Origin: Patescibacteria group bacterium
GTDB taxonomy: Bacteria > Patescibacteriota > Patescibacteriia > UBA10025 > JAHIVO01
Reading direction: 5' to 3'
Length of the DNA: 64,000 nucleotides
Assembly: GCA_028718605.1 (NCBI GenBank)
Contig: JAQULM010000002.1
Coordinates: 193,776-257,775, forward strand
A program made the translations under genes and the position numbers. Below the pieces are notes generated by a model that saw only the letters and a program-made list of their open reading frames with translations, was not told the origin of the DNA and ran no database searches. This document shows, piece after piece, positions 15,001 through 21,000 of the stretch (its first letter is position 1; every line of letters begins with the position of its first letter).

Positions 15001-18000
15001 TTTAAATCAAGCGTGACCGCAGAATAAACGGTAGTAATGTCCAACGTCGAATGGAGGGTCAGTGTGCCAGCGCCTGCTATGACGCTCATCGGACTGACGT
15101 TCGTAGAATAAATTTCTATCGGACCGTAATCCGTACGCGCACTCATGGTCTGGTTGCCGGCTGTTGCATCAAATCTTATCGTCGTGCTCCATGAGAGGGT
15201 GCCGGTCGTGGGGAACGCAGTCGTCGGCTTGTAGACAAACGTACCCGAACCGAGAATACTTGAATTATTTGGAAAGGTCAGGGTTCCCGTCGAGGCGAGG
15301 GTGAGGGCCCTGCCGGTTTCGATTTCTACCTGAGTCGTCGCAGTGATGTTCAAGGTACCCGCAACCGTTGGGTCATTGGTACCGCCGGAAGCCACGACAA
15401 CTCCCCGATAGCTGCTGCCGTCACCAAGTGTTAAGTTATTGAAACTCGTATCGCTCGAGCCGTCGATCTGAACGTCCCCCGTGCTTGCCATGAGCACGGT
15501 GCCAGCATCGTGAGTAAACGTACCGTTGTCCGTCAAGTTGCCGTTGAGCGTGAGGGTCGTCGACGATGGCGCTAAAACAACTGTACTCGCGCCAATCGTG
15601 AACGCGCCACCGATGCTCACCGTCGGGTCGGTGGTGTCGTCCAGGTCCAGGGTGAGGCCGCCGATACAGCCGCTGCAGGTCGTGGTGACAGAAGAGCTGA
15701 AGGTAAACGTCCCGCTCGCCGGCGCTGTAATGAACGCGCCGAGATCAACATTACTGGCATAAAATTCCACGGGGCCACCATAGGTCCGAGCGTCAAATAT
15801 CGTGCTCGTGATGTCGGCTGACGTCGCATCGAAGCGCACGACGGAACTGAGGGTGCCCCCGCTCCCGGGACCGGCTGATAGATTGTTGAATCTCAACGTG
15901 CCGGCACCTGAGATCGTGCCATTGAATGTAATCGCAACTGTCGAACTATGGGTCAGCCTGCGCCCGGCGCTGATCGATAGCGTATCGCCCGTGTCGATAT
16001 TGAGGGTTCCGCCTGTCGTTATCGTCGGATCTTCGGACCCCTCAATCGTAACCGTCCCAGCTGTTGCGTCGCCGATCGTCAGGTTGTAGAACGTCGTGTC
16101 GCTCTCTCCGTTGATGCTGCCCGTGCCGACCATGCTCACGGTGCCGGAGCCAGGGACAAATGTCCCGCCGTTCGTAAAATTCCCCTCAATAGTGACTGAA
16201 CGGCTGCTCGCTGTCAGAGTCCCGCTGGTATTAGTCAGGCTGCCATTCAAGTAGGTCAGCAAGTTACTGGAGTTAAAAGAATTTGCAGTATCATTAAACT
16301 TCAAATTGTAGAACTTCGGCGAATCATCTGACCACTGGTACCACGCTGCCGTGTCTAAGCCCCCAATCAGGTCGTCGACCGTCAGCGTACCGCCGCTCAC
16401 TGTCGTCGTCGTGAGCGTCTCGTTATTGTATACGATGACCGCGCGCCCGATCAGTTCGCCGCCAGTCATATTGAAAGTCATCCCTCCATTGGCGTACCGC
16501 GCCAACTCGACAATGCCGTCGGCGGACACCCCGGCACGGTGCGTACCACCGCTGAGATTGACGGTGCCGGCATCCAGGAACATATGATTCCCAACATCGA
16601 GCGAACCGCCAGCAAGGTTGAGCACTGCGGTGGCACTGCAGCCATTGCCCATATTCAGGATGCCCGACGTGCTCAGCACGTCAACATTCGAACCGGCGTT
16701 GATGTTCAGGGTGCCAGCTGTACAATGGTTAATGTCGTCTTTGATAACCGTATTGCCGCCGCCGAGCGTAGCGGTACCGCCGGTAATAGTAAGGTCTTCA
16801 TCGGTGCCGTCGCCAATCGTGAATGTCCCGGCGGTATGGTTCAGAATCCCCGCAGTACTGACGCCGCCATCAGCACCGCCGGTAACAGTAGTATTGGCCT
16901 CGACAGTGAGAGTGGCGCTCGCGTCAATGGCAATATTATTACCAATAGTATTTCCGGTAGTATCCAGCGAGGCAGTTGCGGAGTCGTCAACGTGCAAATC
17001 CCCGGTACCCTGGGTCGTCACGGTGCCGCCCGGGTCATACGTATCGCCCGTCCAGATATGCAGTTCCAGGTTTGAGTTAACGAGCATCGCATTCGAGTTG
17101 GATGTGAAGCCAATTTCAGTATCGCCGGTACAGTTCGTACCGGTATCGTTATCGCAGCTCGCGAGGTCTGAATTAGCGATACTGCCGGAATGCTCGTTGC
17201 GCAGGATGACCCGGTTTTGGTAGATGCTCAAACCAGTACAATTGGGCGCGTCAGTGCAGGAAGCGCCGTATTTCAGGACGAGCGTGCCGTCCGCGGTCGT
17301 ATCATTGATCCAGATCGTCAGAATGTCGCCGGCGGTAGTCCCCGTAACACCAGCAATAGACCACGCGCCCGAGCCATCCGTGCCATCAGCATCAGAAAAA
17401 GTAGCCCCCGTTGTGCTATTGACCAATTTAATTGACCCGCCGCTGCTATTAAGGGTGGTGCCGGTTTCGTTCGTATACGCAGTGCCGGAGATTGTGAGGG
17501 AGCCAAAATTCCAATTGGTATTGAAGAGTGAGTTGACGTTCGACGCGTCAGAGGCGTCGATGCTGGCGCTCGCGGTCGACCGGGATACATCCACGTCGTA
17601 CACGACCTGACTGGCTGGCACATTAAAGAGCCACGCAATACCTGAGTCATTGCTGCGCAGATAAATTTTATCTGAAGTCGACGAATTCAGGTTGAGGGTG
17701 GTACTGACGGTGAAGGAATAGGTCGGACCAACCGGAAACCGCAGCTTGGCGTTGCCGGTTGTGACGTTCAGGGTGCCGGTCGAGTAGTCCGTCCCGTCGG
17801 CGAAGATGACTGACGGCGACGTCTGGGGATCAGACCCTGAACTGTTTGTCACGGTCAGGGTGCTAAAGGTTATGGTGCCAGTAACGGTCTGCTGGGCGCT
17901 GCCAGCGAGCAGGACAGTGCCGCTTCCGTGGGTGAATGTGCCGGAATTGGTGAAATTACCGCTGACCGTCAGCGTCTGCCCGCTGGCGCCGGTCAGGGTG

Positions 18001-21000
18001 GCAGTCGCGCCGATGGATACATCGCCGGTGACGCCCAGTGGGCCTGCACCCTGGGTGAGCGCGCAGGCTGTCCCCGATCCGACAGTCAGATTGCCGCCGA
18101 TGGACGTGCCGGAGATGGTGGTAGCTAATGCCGTGCCGGCCATCGTCAGGTTACCCGCGATGGTGGTGATGCCCGTCAGTATTTTTGTCCCACTCCCGGA
18201 CAGGCCGAGGTGGTGGTAGGCGTTACTGTGGACGGTCTGCGACCCGCCGGTGTAATTCACGGTGTTGCCGACTGCAGTGGCGGTCATGGTGGTAATAGTG
18301 GACGTGCCGTTAATGTTCAGCGTGCCGGTAGCGCTGTTGGCCAGGATGCCGGAGCCGGCGAGCGCGGTCGACACGGTCAGCGTGCCGTTATTCGTCAGGG
18401 TGCAAAGGTTCACGGTCATGTTGGCGACTGAAATGGCGTTGGTCCCGCCAATCGCCTGGTCACTCAAATTGAAGAGGTAGACACCGGTGCCCCACGTATG
18501 GCTGACCGCACTATTATTAGTAAAGCCGCCCCGAAACGTAAAGCCTTCATTCGCGGAGTTTTTCCAGGTGCCCCCATCGTTAATGGTGACCGCACCGCTC
18601 AGGGTCTTGGTGCCGGTGGCGGAGTTGAAGGTCAAGGTTCCCGTAATAGACGTGGTGCCGCTGACTGTCAGGTTTACGGCACCAGCGGAAAAGTTCGCTG
18701 TATCATCGATGATCAGGTTGCCGGTGACAGCCAACGCCGAGGTAGCGGTGCCGGTTGCCGTACCGCTCCAGGTCAGGTTGCCTTTGACAGTAGTAAGGCT
18801 GGTCAGCGTCTTGGCACCACTGGTACCGAATCCCAGATGGTGGTAGGCGGTAGCTTTGACCGTCTGTGCGCCGCCGTACATGTAGTTCACCGTGTTACCG
18901 ACCGCTGAAGCAGTGAGTGTAGTGATGCCCACCGCGCCGGAAAAACTAATGTTCAGGGTTCCGGTGGCGCTGTTGGTCAGGCCGCCGGTGCCGGCAAGCC
19001 CTTTTGTCACGGTCAGGGTGCCATTGTTTGTCAGGGTGACGCCGGTCACCGTCACGATGGTAAGGGAGATTTCATTGGTGCCGCCGATCGCCTGGGCATT
19101 GGTGTCGAACGTATAGGTGCCGGGGCCGGCAGTAAACGTGTTGGCGCTATTGTTGGTCAGGCCGCCGCGGAACGTCACGTCCGAGTCGCCGGAGTTGGTC
19201 CAGGTGCCACCCGCGTTGACAGTCACCGCGCCAACGAAAATTTTGGTGCCAGTTGGGTTACTGATGGTCAATGTCCCGGTAATAGACGTCGTGCCAGTAA
19301 CGGTAAGATCATAAGCTTCAACAGTCAGCAGCCCGCTTGTATCGATAGCAAGGTTCTGGGCAATAGAGGTGGCTCCGCCGGTCGTCATGGCACCGCTATC
19401 ATCGATATGCAGGCCGCCGGTACCCTGGGTCGTTACCGTGCCGGCTGGTGCATACGTCTTGCTCGTCCAAATATGCAGCTCAATATTGGAGTTCGTCAAA
19501 TTGCCTACCGTGAGGGCTGGCGTGCCGGCCGTGTAGTACAGAATATCCGTATCCGCGTACGTGCCATAACCGGTCAGGATCTGGGTATTCGTAATAGATG
19601 AGCCGGTCTCGTATCGAACGATTAAATCGTTCTGGTACAGGTCAATGCCGGTCAGGTCCGAGCCGGTACCCACGGTGACGGTAGTAGCCAGCGGCGTACC
19701 GTCAGTATCAAGATAGAGCGTAAGGACATCACCGCTTACGGTAGTAATATTTGAAATTGTGTACGCGCCGCTGGTGACAGTAGCCGTACAGGCTCCGCCG
19801 CCACAGGCGGTGTTTGTGCCGTTCACGAGCAAGCGGATGGTCGGTGTGCCGGAAATAAGCGTCGATCCTTCGTCGGAGTATACGTTGCCGGATATTGACG
19901 CTCCGCTGCAACCGCCGGTGGCAGTACACTTGGCCATGACAAAATTCACGTAGGGCGGAGTGTGGTCGCTGCCGGCAGTGATGGTAGCGGTCACCGTATG
20001 GGTATGGTCATCTGGGGCAACATTCGTACCAGTAGAAAAATAGCTGTCAGTCGTTGCACCTGCGACGGTTGCAGTTGCGGCAGTGTCATCGTGCGTGGCA
20101 GAACCGCCTGTCCCGCTCTCAGTAGAAAAGCCTTGGACAAAATTATTCTGGTACGGAGAGGCGTCAGAAATAACGTCCCAGTTGGTGCCGGGATCGGCAT
20201 CAAACATGCCGATCGTGTTCTGGGGGATACTCTGTGGAGTAGCATTGGTCTGCTGGTAAATCATGGTCTGCACGTACGGCGGTACGGACGTTTTGCTATC
20301 AGAAGTTGAGTTTGCGGGAGCGGCATGGGTGTGCGAATTGACGCTGTAAGAAGGCGGGACATCGGCAAAAACCAAACCGACGTTGTACGTACCGGTTGAA
20401 GCGGCTAATGATCCCCACGAGGTCATGCCATGGGTATGCGTATCGCTGCCGCCGGTGGTATGGGAGTTTGTCAGCTTGACGAGCCGGCTGTCAGCAGCGG
20501 AGAAACGGGTCCAGCTGCCGCTCTGGCTTGCCGAGGAAAACATAAACGTGTTCTGCGGTATGGTTGTCGGATTCTGGGCATTGCTCTTCCACAGGTAGAA
20601 TGAGTGGAACGCCGGGTTGTTATCCGCGGGCCCAGCAGTCGGTGCGGTGGTAGTATGGGCATGGCTATACGCCGCCCTGGCGGTACAGCTCCTCAAGCAT
20701 GTATGTGCAAGACCCGTGGTTGTTTGGGCAACCGTAGCGCCAGTGACCGTCGGCGTGTGGGTAGCGGTACCGCCGGTACCGCCATAGGTAGCAGCGCCGC
20801 GTAGAAACACGGCACTGGCGCCGTCATAGGTAGTCTGGTTCGTCCAGCCATCAGCTGCGGTACCTGAGGTGGCAAGCAAGTACATATACGCGGGATCAAT
20901 AGCGAGTTGCCAGGCACGGTGCTCCTGCCAGTCTCCGGCCTGCGCCGGGCCGAGAGCATAGAGCGCCGGGCTCTTCTCCGGAGACTTGAATGTATAACCG

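Noticed and set aside
3560-19320. Internal repeats of the giant gene as DGR template/variable repeats
   Set aside because: Differences are not adenine-specific, both copies are coding, and no reverse transcriptase is in the window
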